From assembly GCA_007129055.1 (NCBI GenBank), contig SKWE01000084.1:1-36836 (forward strand): a DNA stretch of 36,836 bases, read 5' to 3'. Position 1 is the first letter of the stretch. Each line of letters opens with the position of its first letter. The notes below the pieces were generated by a model. It saw only the letters and a list, made by a program, of their open reading frames with translations, ran no database searches and was not told where the DNA came from. The translations under genes and the position numbers were made by a program. The DNA is from Syntrophomonadaceae bacterium (GTDB lineage Bacteria; Bacillota; Dethiobacteria; DTU022). Shown here in pieces: positions 19,281-30,239 of the stretch.

Positions 19281-19808
19281 ATGACTATAGAAAAGCCCGG
19301 CCTGATAATGGTTTACACTGGCGATGGTAAAGGTAAGACGACAGCCGCAGTCGGCCAGGCTGTGCGGGCCCTGGGGCACGGTTACAGGGTATATATGATT
19401 CATTTTATGAAAGGCCGGGATTACGGTGAATTCCTGGCGACTGCAAAGATGCCAAACCTGACTCTTGTTAAAGCCGGTCGCGATACTTTTGTCTGTCGAG
19501 ATAAGCCTGATCCTGTTGATGTTGAGCTGGCAAGGGATGGTTTTATGCAGGCAGAAAAAGCTGTTATGAGTGGAGATTATGACCTGGTAGTTTTGGATGA
19601 AATCAATGTTGCTGTGGATTACGGCCTGGTTAAAGAAGAAAAATTGCTTGATTTAATCAGAAACAAGCCGAAGAATGTTTCCATTATACTTACCGGACGC
19701 AACGCTTCGCCAGAAGTGGTAAAAATGGCTGATACGGTTAGTGAAGTTCTGGCTATTAAACACCATTATGATGAAGGGGCAGAGTGCTGCAAAGGAATTG
19801 AATTCTAA
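19281..19808 (+). CDS. cobO: ATP:cob(I)alamin adenosyltransferase (CobA/CobO/BtuR type)
   Basis: 175 aa with the P-loop YTGDGKGKTTAAVGQAVRA, plus FMKG and VLDE motifs. Confidence 0.88.
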   Translation: MTIEKPGLIMVYTGDGKGKTTAAVGQAVRALGHGYRVYMIHFMKGRDYGEFLATAKMPNLTLVKAGRDTFVCRDKPDPVDVELARDGFMQAEKAVMSGDYDLVVLDEINVAVDYGLVKEEKLLDLIRNKPKNVSIILTGRNASPEVVKMADTVSEVLAIKHHYDEGAECCKGIEF

Positions 19809-19852
19809 GGTCGCCAGCGGTAGATTATCGTTAAATATGATGAGGTGAATAT

Positions 19853-20818
19853 ATGCAGCAACTGGTTGCAGAGCTGCTTAAGGGTAATCGCAGGGCAGCT
19901 GCGCGCATGATATCGCATGTTGAAAATGATGATCCATTGAAAAGGATGCTACTGACAGAGCTCTATCCTCATACAGGTAAAGCTTACGTGATTGGGGTTA
20001 CGGGTGCGCCCGGCTCTGGCAAGAGTTCGCTGGTTGACTGCTTGCTTCAACAAATGCGCCGGGACGGTTTAAAGATTGGGGTGATAGCTGTTGACCCAAC
20101 CAGCCCTTTTAGCGGTGGAGCCATACTTGGTGATCGGATAAGAATGCAGGATCATGCCCTTGATCATGACATTTTTATCCGCAGCATGGGGACGAGAGGA
20201 AGCCTGGGTGGACTTTCTCGTTCAACGCGCGAAGCGATACAGGTGCTTGATGCATTTGGAAAAGATATCATTTTAATCGAAACAGTTGGCGTGGGTCAGT
20301 CGGAAGTTGATATAGTCAAAGCTGCTGATACTACAGTTGTTGTTTTGACTCCTGCCGGTGGAGACAGTGTTCAAACAATCAAAGCAGGCATTATGGAAAT
20401 TGCCGATCTTTTTGTGGTAAACAAGGCAGATTTACCGGGGGCAGAACGAACAACCACCGAGATAAATATTATGCTGGACATGAAAAAAGGTGATCATTGG
20501 AGACCGCCAGTTGTTCAAACAGTATCTGTCCAAAATAAAGGTCTCGATCAACTGTGGGAATTATTGCAGGAACACAGAAATTACATGAATGAAAGTGGCA
20601 AACTTGAAACGGTAAGGCTGGAGAGAGTTAAGCGTGAGCTTACTGACCAGGTAGAATACCTGCTTAAGAATAGCGTATGGGAACAAGTTAAAGAGGAGGT
20701 AAAGCTGGAGAAGTTGGTAGAGGAGATTGCCAACAGAAAAAACGATCCATACAGCGCCGCTTCCGAGTTGCTGGAGAAAATTAGCTTTTTTGATCAAAAA
20801 ACAGGGAAGGATGACTGA
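19853..20818 (+). CDS. meaB: MeaB/ArgK-type G-protein chaperone of B12-dependent acyl-CoA mutases
   Basis: 321 aa with GVTGAPGSGKSS, DPTSPFSGGAILGDRIRM, ETVGVGQSE and NKAD motifs. It lies 3 nt upstream of the mutase large subunit. Confidence 0.92.
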   Translation: MQQLVAELLKGNRRAAARMISHVENDDPLKRMLLTELYPHTGKAYVIGVTGAPGSGKSSLVDCLLQQMRRDGLKIGVIAVDPTSPFSGGAILGDRIRMQDHALDHDIFIRSMGTRGSLGGLSRSTREAIQVLDAFGKDIILIETVGVGQSEVDIVKAADTTVVVLTPAGGDSVQTIKAGIMEIADLFVVNKADLPGAERTTTEINIMLDMKKGDHWRPPVVQTVSVQNKGLDQLWELLQEHRNYMNESGKLETVRLERVKRELTDQVEYLLKNSVWEQVKEEVKLEKLVEEIANRKNDPYSAASELLEKISFFDQKTGKDD

Positions 20819-20821
20819 TTT

Positions 20822-22483
20822 ATGGAGAGAGAAAAATTTCATCATCTGGATGACCAAAAAAGAGCCTGGGAAAAGCATGCTGAGAGTCTTGAAGGACGGA
20901 AAGAATCTTTCGTAACCGTGTCAGGCCGCCCTGTTAAAATGCTATATACCCCATTAGACACAGAAAAACTTGATTATGAAAAAGATCTTGGTTTTCCGGG
21001 CAGCTATCCCTACACCCGGGGTGTGCAGGGCAATATGTACAGGGGCAGGTTATGGACTATGCGCCAGTTTTCCGGTTTTGGCGATGCTTATGATTCAAAC
21101 CGCCGTTACCGGTACCTGCTGGAACAGGGACAGACCGGCTTAAGTGTTGCTTTCGACATGCCGACTATCATGGGTTATGATTCTGACCATGAACGGGCAA
21201 TGGGTGAAGTAGGACGCTGCGGTGTGGCTATTGACTCCCTGGAAGATATGGAGATACTTTTTGATAATATCCCTGTTGATCAGGTTACTACTTCAATGAC
21301 TATAAACGGTCCGGCTTCCATTCTATGGTGCATGTATTTAGCAAATGCAGAGAAACAGGGCGTTAATCTGAAACAAGTTGGCGGAACCATTCAAAATGAT
21401 ATTTTGAAAGAATATATTGCCCAGAAATCCTGGATATTCCCCCCCGAACCTTCGATCCGTTTAATAACAGATATATTTGCTTTTGCCGGTGAGCATGTGC
21501 CGCGATGGAATACGATAAGTATTAGCGGTTATCATATCCGTGAAGCGGGCTCTACAGCTGCACAGGAACTTGCCTTTACCCTTGCAGATGGCTTTGCATA
21601 TGTCGAAGCTGGAATAAATGCCGGGTTGGATGTTGATTCTTTCGCTCCGCGGCTTTCCTTTTTCTTTAATGCCCATATCGATTTTTTTGAGGAAATATGT
21701 AAATACCGGGCAGCGCGACGGATTTGGGCAAAAAGGATGAAAGAACGATATGGGGCCAAAGATGAACGTTCCCTGAAACTTCGTTTTCACACCCAGACAG
21801 CAGGGTGCAGCCTGACGGCAAAGGAGCCGGAAAACAATATTATTCGTACCACCCTCGAGGCACTCTCAGCCGTATTGGGAGGAACACAATCGCTGCATAC
21901 AAACTCTATGGACGAAGTTTTGGCCCTGCCTACAGAAAAGGCTGTTAAAATTGCATTACGTACCCAGCAGGTAATTGCCTGTGAGAGTGGTGTGGCAAAT
22001 ACGATTGATCCGCTGGCCGGTTCTTACTTCATCGAAACCCTTACAGATAAACTGGAAAGTGAAGCAGAGGAATATTTTCAAAGAATTGAGGACCTGGGCG
22101 GTGTATTGGCCGCAATTGACCAGGGCTTTTTCCAACAGGAGATAGCGGATGCGGCATATAAATACCAGCGGGCAGTTGACAATGAAGAACAGGTAATAGT
22201 TGGTGTTAACCGCTATAATAGTAATGAACCACTTGAAATCGAACTGTTGAAAATTGATCCTGCCGTTGAAGAAAAGCAGGTTAGCAGGTTAAGAAAGCTG
22301 AAAGAAAAACGTGATAACCTTGCTGTAAGACAGAGCCTTGATAACCTGGTAAACTGTGCTTCCGGAAATGATAATATCATACCGGGAATACTGGAGGCAG
22401 TGAAGGTATATGCTACAATAGGTGAGATTGTGGCATCGCTTAAAGAAGTATTTGGTGAATATAAAGAAAAACCTCTTTTCTAA
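20822..22483 (+). CDS. icmA: B12-dependent acyl-CoA mutase, large (substrate-binding) subunit; isobutyryl-CoA-mutase-like signature
   Basis: 553 aa containing [45 protein letters not shown] and [21 protein letters not shown]. Phe and Gln occupy the positions where methylmalonyl-CoA mutase has Tyr89 and Arg207. Confidence 0.85.
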   Translation: MEREKFHHLDDQKRAWEKHAESLEGRKESFVTVSGRPVKMLYTPLDTEKLDYEKDLGFPGSYPYTRGVQGNMYRGRLWTMRQFSGFGDAYDSNRRYRYLLEQGQTGLSVAFDMPTIMGYDSDHERAMGEVGRCGVAIDSLEDMEILFDNIPVDQVTTSMTINGPASILWCMYLANAEKQGVNLKQVGGTIQNDILKEYIAQKSWIFPPEPSIRLITDIFAFAGEHVPRWNTISISGYHIREAGSTAAQELAFTLADGFAYVEAGINAGLDVDSFAPRLSFFFNAHIDFFEEICKYRAARRIWAKRMKERYGAKDERSLKLRFHTQTAGCSLTAKEPENNIIRTTLEALSAVLGGTQSLHTNSMDEVLALPTEKAVKIALRTQQVIACESGVANTIDPLAGSYFIETLTDKLESEAEEYFQRIEDLGGVLAAIDQGFFQQEIADAAYKYQRAVDNEEQVIVGVNRYNSNEPLEIELLKIDPAVEEKQVSRLRKLKEKRDNLAVRQSLDNLVNCASGNDNIIPGILEAVKVYATIGEIVASLKEVFGEYKEKPLF

Positions 22484-22528
22484 TCATGCTTGTTTGGGTC
22501 AGAATGAAAGTGAAAGTGGTGAAATGAG

Positions 22529-24960
<2,432 letters not shown>

Positions 24961-24995
24961 GCGAACTGGATAAATTATCACCGTTTCTTCACAGT

Positions 24996-25020
24996 TAATT
25001 GTACAGTTCAGATACAATTA
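24996..25020. terminator. AT-rich hairpin between convergent ligA and abfD (weak bidirectional terminator candidate)
   Basis: An 8-bp stem TAATTGTA/TACAATTA with a 9-nt loop, flanked by T-rich sequence on both strands. Confidence 0.35.
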
Positions 25021-25055
25021 TTTGCTTAGCCTGCCCTCGAGAAGCGTCATCCATA

Positions 25056-26525
25056 CTACTCTTTAGTTTTCATCCCGGCCAGCTTTCTGACAATCTCCTT
25101 CTTTGCTTCAATATCGTATTGCGACGTAATTGCTATCTGCTCCATAACCGGAGATCCCCCACCGTGAAAAGCCCCGTAAAGCATGGAGCCAGATGAACCA
25201 GACAAGGCAAAATCAACAAAACTGAGCCAGAACTTAATCTGCTCTTCCATCGGTATATCAGGATTACGCTTAATATACTTTTCGAGTATATCTTTAGTTT
25301 CGGGATTAATCAGATCTTTTTCATAGGGGAATGTAGCAGGCATACCTCCTGCAATATTGCAAAGAATCTCCTGTTCATGAAAAACTGCTTCACCACTCAG
25401 ACATCTACCCACGTTGGCGTAAATAGAATGGGGGATGCAGTTGCCAGGGCCATAAGGAAGAAATCCCATTCCCGGGATATAAACTTCGGGTTTTCCAAGG
25501 GCGGAAGAAGTATACCCGGCAGCATAACCAAGTTCACCAACCATAATCAACTCGGATAACATTTCACGAACGTGCGGTGTTTTCTCGATTCCGTTAATCT
25601 CTGCGGCCAGGGCGGCAAGGCCGATGACATAGTCTAGCATTGCAGGTTTGCACCCTGAATATGAGTGACGGTGGAAAAGGGCAAATAGTAGGGCAGCAAC
25701 TCCCCCATGTTCCGTCTCCCCGCACGTGTAAACCCATTCCCATGGAATAAAACAATCTTCAAAGATAATATATGAATCTGTATAACCTATCTCCATTCCC
25801 CGCTGGTAATGTTCTCTTTTGCGCAGGTTATGAAAATGCACGATCTGTTTAACACCATCGTGGTCTGCAGGAACAGAAAAAGCCAGGGCATATTCTTTTT
25901 CATTATGCTTTAAGGCACGTGTTGGAACTACAAGGATTTCATCAGCTATGGAAGCTTCAGATATATGAACCTTTGAACCACGAACAACGATACCGTCACT
26001 TTTTTCTTCAACCACACGGACATACATGTCAGGGTCGCTTTGTTCAGAAGGCCTTTTTAATCTTTCACCTTTTACGTCTGTCTGGGCACAGCAGCCAACC
26101 AGGTCTTCATTCTGAAACCTTTCTAAAAACTTAAGCCAGTTGTCATGATAGGCAGTTTTTGGCTCAGGTGATTGCTGCGCCATGTAGGAGACTGCATGTA
26201 TAGCATTGGCAGCATCGGTTCCCATGCAGCGCTGTATGCACTGGCCCACCTTGTTGCAGAGGTAGCGAGTCATATCTTGCTTTTTATGCAGATCATCCGG
26301 TCCCTGGTGGATATGTGTAAAGCGGTTTATAGTATTACCCGTCAGGTGAGAAGTGGCAGTGCATAGATCCCTGCCTTCAGGATCAAGGGCTGCATCAAAT
26401 GTCAACCCCATAACATTTAAAGCAGGTTCCTGTCTTTCATCCAGGCGGTCGATCTTTTCTCCGTTAGCGTAAAGGTTGCGGTTCATTTTCGATAGGCGCT
26501 TAAAATATTCATCTCGTGTTATCAT
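25056..26525 (-). CDS. abfD: 4-hydroxybutyryl-CoA dehydratase / vinylacetyl-CoA isomerase (AbfD family)
   Basis: 489 aa, HpaB/AbfD fold family. CIQRC and HRHSYSGC align with the [4Fe-4S] ligands Cys99/Cys103 and His292/Cys299 of Clostridium aminobutyricum AbfD as I recall them. Confidence 0.85.
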   Translation of the reverse strand: MITRDEYFKRLSKMNRNLYANGEKIDRLDERQEPALNVMGLTFDAALDPEGRDLCTATSHLTGNTINRFTHIHQGPDDLHKKQDMTRYLCNKVGQCIQRCMGTDAANAIHAVSYMAQQSPEPKTAYHDNWLKFLERFQNEDLVGCCAQTDVKGERLKRPSEQSDPDMYVRVVEEKSDGIVVRGSKVHISEASIADEILVVPTRALKHNEKEYALAFSVPADHDGVKQIVHFHNLRKREHYQRGMEIGYTDSYIIFEDCFIPWEWVYTCGETEHGGVAALLFALFHRHSYSGCKPAMLDYVIGLAALAAEINGIEKTPHVREMLSELIMVGELGYAAGYTSSALGKPEVYIPGMGFLPYGPGNCIPHSIYANVGRCLSGEAVFHEQEILCNIAGGMPATFPYEKDLINPETKDILEKYIKRNPDIPMEEQIKFWLSFVDFALSGSSGSMLYGAFHGGGSPVMEQIAITSQYDIEAKKEIVRKLAGMKTKE

Positions 26526-26594
26526 CCAGGCTTATTCCTCCCACAACTGAAATTTAATAGCAGAGTAAATAACAATAATTTTCTAATATTTAAA

Positions 26595-26603
26595 ATTATA
26601 ACA
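26595..26603 (-). promoter_or_regulatory. Candidate extended -10 sigma-A promoter for abfD (TGTTATAAT)
   Basis: The minus strand reads TGTTATAAT about 70 nt upstream of the abfD start. There is no good -35 element. Confidence 0.3.
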
Positions 26604-26655
26604 TCAACCTGTTCTTAATGCTACCTGAAAATTAAGAGCCATATGCAGATCAGGA

Positions 26656-26671
26656 TGGATGACCGGTTGCA
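26656..26671 (+). promoter_or_regulatory. Candidate sigma-54 (-24/-12) promoter upstream of the EBP gene
   Basis: TGGATGACCGGTTGCA has correct GG-N10-GC spacing and a consensus TTGCA -12 element, but the -24 element is imperfect. It lies about 70 nt upstream of the ATG at 26741. Confidence 0.4.
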
Positions 26672-26740
26672 TAGTTTTAGACGGTGCTATAAAATCAAAA
26701 ATAAGTTTGAATATACTAATTTCCCTGGGGTGAAAAGCTA

Positions 26741-28129
26741 ATGGAAAAGGATGAATTATCATCCCTGGCAGGCGATGGTAAAAATAAACTTTTATTGCAG
26801 ACAATTATCGATTCTTTATCCGATGCTGTATCTGTAGTTGATGAAAATGGTATAGGGATTATGATAAACCGTGCCTATACCCGTATTACCGGAATGACAG
26901 AAGAACAGGTATTACGAAAACCCGCTACAGTTGATATTGCTGAAGGGGAAAGTGTTCATATGAGGGTTCTGCAAACGAAAAAACCGATTAAGGGAGTCAG
27001 AATGAAGGTGGGGCCTTTCAGGCGTGAAGTTATTGTTTCCTGTGAACCACTGATCATAAACGGGGAGCTGAAAGGCAGTGTAGGTGTAATTCATGATATC
27101 TCAGAGCTGCGCAGGGTCATGGAGGAACTGGAGAGAACTAGGAAGTTAGTTAGAAAATTAGAGTCGCGCTATACCTTTGACGATATAATCGGTAACAGCG
27201 AACAGATAAAGAAAACTATTGAGCGGGCGAGTCATGCTGCCGCTACACCGGTTTCTGTTTTACTGCGGGGAGAAAATGGAACTGGGAAAGAACTGTTTGC
27301 ACATGCCATTCATCATGCCAGCGATCGATCAGAAAAACCTTTTATCAGGGTCAATTGCGCTTCTTTAACCGACACCCTGCTCGAGAGTGAACTTTTTGGT
27401 TATGCTGACGGAGCTTTTACAGGGGCCAAGAAAGGCGGTAGGAAGGGTTATTTTGAAGAAGCAGAGGGGGGCACTTTATTTCTTGATGAAATAGGCGCAA
27501 TGAATCTTGAAGCACAGGCCCGACTTCTACGTGCTCTCCAGGAAGGAGAAATAATCAGGGTTGGTGAATCACGAACGCGCAGGATTGATGTTAGGATAAT
27601 CGCCGCTACAAATTCTGACCTGGAGAAAATGGTTGAAAAAGAACATTTTCGTAAAGATCTTTATTATCGCCTTAATGTATTTCCAATAGACATGCCCCCA
27701 TTAAGGGATATTAAAAGTGATATACCACTTTTTGTTAATCACTTTTTAGCACGATTTGCACAGGAATATGGTAGAACGGTTGTAGATATTTCCACTGCAG
27801 CAACCAGGCGTCTTAAAGATTATGATTGGCCGGGGAACGTTCGCGAGCTTCAAAATGTAATTTCACGCGCCCTGATCAACTTGGAACGCGAAGAAACAAT
27901 AATTGAAGAGAAACATTTAATTATGCCTTTTACAAAAACAGAAGGAACAGTCGAGTCATATGAAGAACCGCTAACAGGTTCTTTAAGAGAAATGCATTTA
28001 ACCTGGGAAAGAAATATTTTACTCCAGGCGTTACAGGAAGCGGAGGGTAATAAAGCTGAAGCAGCTAGAAGGCTTGATATTTCAATTCGTAATTTATACA
28101 ACAAATTGCACCAGCACAAGCTGGTCTAG
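26741..28129 (+). CDS. Sigma-54-dependent transcriptional activator (PAS sensor - AAA+ - Fis-type HTH)
   Basis: 462 aa with an N-terminal PAS-like domain. It has Walker [24 protein letters not shown] (GAFTGA loop), [19 protein letters not shown] and the C-terminal [19 protein letters not shown]. Confidence 0.93.
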   Translation: MEKDELSSLAGDGKNKLLLQTIIDSLSDAVSVVDENGIGIMINRAYTRITGMTEEQVLRKPATVDIAEGESVHMRVLQTKKPIKGVRMKVGPFRREVIVSCEPLIINGELKGSVGVIHDISELRRVMEELERTRKLVRKLESRYTFDDIIGNSEQIKKTIERASHAAATPVSVLLRGENGTGKELFAHAIHHASDRSEKPFIRVNCASLTDTLLESELFGYADGAFTGAKKGGRKGYFEEAEGGTLFLDEIGAMNLEAQARLLRALQEGEIIRVGESRTRRIDVRIIAATNSDLEKMVEKEHFRKDLYYRLNVFPIDMPPLRDIKSDIPLFVNHFLARFAQEYGRTVVDISTAATRRLKDYDWPGNVRELQNVISRALINLEREETIIEEKHLIMPFTKTEGTVESYEEPLTGSLREMHLTWERNILLQALQEAEGNKAEAARRLDISIRNLYNKLHQHKLV

Positions 28130-28173
28130 GTAAAGAATTATGAATTACAAAAATAACAGGAGGATTAAACTAA

Positions 28174-29337
28174 ATGCAAAAAATATTTAGGATGCCGCCG
28201 ACAGTAATTACCGGAGCAGGGTCTGCTGGTCACACAGGAAGCGAAATTAAGAAAATGGGCGTTAAAAAAGCTTTGATTATTACGGATAAGGTTATTGTGG
28301 AAATTGGCGCTTTGAAAAGCATTGAAGATTCATTAAAAGAAAATGGGATTAGCTATTCTGTTTTTGACGATATACCTACAGAGCCTACGGTTGAATATGT
28401 TGATAAAGGCATTAAAGCATACAGGAATGACAAATGTGATTGCCTGCTTGCTATAGGGGGTGGCAGTGCAATTGATACTGCCAAGGCAATTTCTGTAATG
28501 TTGACGAATGAAGGCGAAATATCAGATTATATGGGCCTTGATAAAATAAAAAATAGCGGTGTGCCTTTAATTGCTGTTCCTACCACTGCCGGAACAGGCA
28601 GTGAAGTTACTATATTTACAATTATCACCGACACACATAATGATGTTAAGATGCTAATTGGTGGCGGCCTTTTGATGCCCCAGGTTGCTATAGCGGATCC
28701 GCTGCTGACCATTTCAATGCCACCGGCGTTAACAGCAGCTACAGGTATGGATGCCCTGTGTCATGCAATAGAAGCCTACGTTTCTCTAAAAGCGAATCCT
28801 TTAAGTGATATATTTGCTCTTTCAGCAATCGAGTTGTTATCGGATTTCCTGAGGGCTGCCTGGGCCAATGGCAATAACCTGGAAGCGAGAGAAAAAGTTA
28901 TGATAGCATCGTTGAAAGCCGGAGTTGCCTTTACCAACTCGTCTGTTACCCTGGTGCACGGAATGTCCAGGCCGATCGGAGCAAATTTTCATGTTCCCCA
29001 TGGTTTATCCAACGCAGTTTTACTGACAACTGTTATGGAATATAGTTTAATGGCAAATCCGGAAAGATACGCAAAAATTTCCGAAACTATGGGATTTAAT
29101 ACTTATGGATTAAACGTTCTTGAAGCTGCAAAGCTTTCTGTTGATGCCGTAAAAGATCTCGTCCGGGATATCAAGATTCCTTCAATGCAAGAACTCGGGA
29201 TTGAAGAATCAAGACTAATTGAGAAAGCGCCCAAAATGGCGGAAGCCGCAATAAAAAGTGGCAGCCCTGGCAATAACCCACGACAGGTAACAAAAGAAGA
29301 TATAATAAATTTATATAAAGCAGCATATTCTAGTTAA
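28174..29337 (+). CDS. Iron-containing (group III) alcohol dehydrogenase; possible 4-hydroxybutyrate dehydrogenase
   Basis: 387 aa with GGGSAIDTAK, metal-site His motifs (CHAIEAY, VHGMSRPIGANFHVPHG) and an AGGAGG RBS. Substrate assignment rests on context only (abfD nearby). Confidence 0.85.
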   Translation: MQKIFRMPPTVITGAGSAGHTGSEIKKMGVKKALIITDKVIVEIGALKSIEDSLKENGISYSVFDDIPTEPTVEYVDKGIKAYRNDKCDCLLAIGGGSAIDTAKAISVMLTNEGEISDYMGLDKIKNSGVPLIAVPTTAGTGSEVTIFTIITDTHNDVKMLIGGGLLMPQVAIADPLLTISMPPALTAATGMDALCHAIEAYVSLKANPLSDIFALSAIELLSDFLRAAWANGNNLEAREKVMIASLKAGVAFTNSSVTLVHGMSRPIGANFHVPHGLSNAVLLTTVMEYSLMANPERYAKISETMGFNTYGLNVLEAAKLSVDAVKDLVRDIKIPSMQELGIEESRLIEKAPKMAEAAIKSGSPGNNPRQVTKEDIINLYKAAYSS

Positions 29338-29363
29338 AATAATAAGGATAAGTTATATCGTAG

Positions 29364-29395
29364 CCCCTGGTTAACGCAAACCGGGGGTTTTTATT
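29364..29395 (+). terminator. Rho-independent terminator after the alcohol dehydrogenase gene
   Basis: A 9-bp stem CCCCUGGUU/AACCGGGGG with a 6-nt loop, followed by UUUUUAUUUU. Confidence 0.8.
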
Positions 29396-29443
29396 TTATA
29401 AAGTTATTGATACAAGTCAGTCCGATGCTAGAAAAGTGAAACA

Positions 29444-29459
29444 TGGTACGATAATTGCA
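29444..29459 (+). promoter_or_regulatory. Sigma-54 (-24/-12) promoter
   Basis: TGGTACGATAATTGCA is a near-perfect match to TGGCAC-N5-TTGCA. It lies downstream of a terminator, upstream of the OFOR operon, and 1.3 kb from a sigma-54 EBP gene. Confidence 0.7.
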
Positions 29460-29588
29460 AATATTTAATAGAGAAAAACAAATTTTGAACTTAAGCGTCG
29501 GTCCGGAGCAGATGTTTTAATGATTGCCCAGTGTATGATCTATAAGCCAGTGAAAGCGAGAGTCCACTTAATTGCAGGCAGCTAAGCA

Positions 29589-29602
29589 TGCAATATATTG
29601 CA
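29589..29602. repeat. Perfect 14-bp palindrome TGCAATATATTGCA in the OFOR leader, overlapping a 10-bp direct repeat ATTGCAGGCA (29571-29580 and 29597-29606)
   Basis: Read directly from the sequence. An 8-bp palindrome CTTGCAAG at 29628-29635 abuts the RBS. Confidence 0.6.
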
Positions 29603-29648
29603 GGCAAACAATTACATCATGCATAATCTTGCAAGGGAGGGGTAAGGT

Positions 29649-30239
29649 TTGGAAAATGAAATGCTGGAGTTTAGGATACACGGCAGGGGCGGACAGGGAA
29701 TTGTTGTTGCTGCTGCGATCTTTGCCGAAGCAGTTTTTATGGAGGGTTATTATGCCAGGGCTTTTTCACTTTTCGGAGCGGAAAGAAGGGGTGCCCCGGT
29801 TACGGCTTTTATCAGGGCGGGAAAAAACAGGCTTATGCCCCGCAGCAGGGTGTATCACCCCGATTATGTAGCAATCTTTGATTCGACCATGACCGGCGCT
29901 TCGCTTGTTTCCGGATTAAAGAAGAGTGGAACATTACTGTTGAACAGTAAAAATGACTTTAAAAATAGCTTATTTAAAGATATCCCCAGGGACATGGATA
30001 TTAAAACATTTTTTGTGGATGCTACCGACATAGCCTGGAAGCATAACCTGGCGATAGGCAGTTTCCCAATGGTAAACACGGTGATGCTCGGAGCAATGGC
30101 GCATAACAGCGGCATGGCTTCACTGGACAGTTTAGTCGAGTCAATCCGGAAGAGAGTTTCAGCAAGGCTGGAAGAAAATATTGCAGCAGTTAAAGAAGGA
30201 TTCGAGAGTGTAAAGGAGGTGGGAAGTTTTGTTAACTGA
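29649..30239 (+). CDS. 2-oxoacid:ferredoxin oxidoreductase, gamma subunit
   Basis: FRIHGRGGQGIVVAAAIFAEA...FGAERRGAPV is typical of Por/Vor/Kor gamma subunits. TTG at 29649 is 8 nt after GGGAGGGG; ATG at 29661 is the alternative start. Confidence 0.9.
   Translation: MENEMLEFRIHGRGGQGIVVAAAIFAEAVFMEGYYARAFSLFGAERRGAPVTAFIRAGKNRLMPRSRVYHPDYVAIFDSTMTGASLVSGLKKSGTLLLNSKNDFKNSLFKDIPRDMDIKTFFVDATDIAWKHNLAIGSFPMVNTVMLGAMAHNSGMASLDSLVESIRKRVSARLEENIAAVKEGFESVKEVGSFVN

Noticed and set aside
26626-26641. Minus-strand TGGCTCTTAATTTTCA as a sigma-54 promoter for abfD.
   Set aside because: The -12 element lacks the near-invariant GC. It is kept only as a caveat in the finding on the divergent region and is not listed as a feature.
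29572-29871. A 99-aa ORF spanning the leader and the start of the OFOR gamma gene.
   Set aside because: It has no RBS, is out of frame with the well-supported gamma subunit, and its composition is unremarkable. It is probably spurious.
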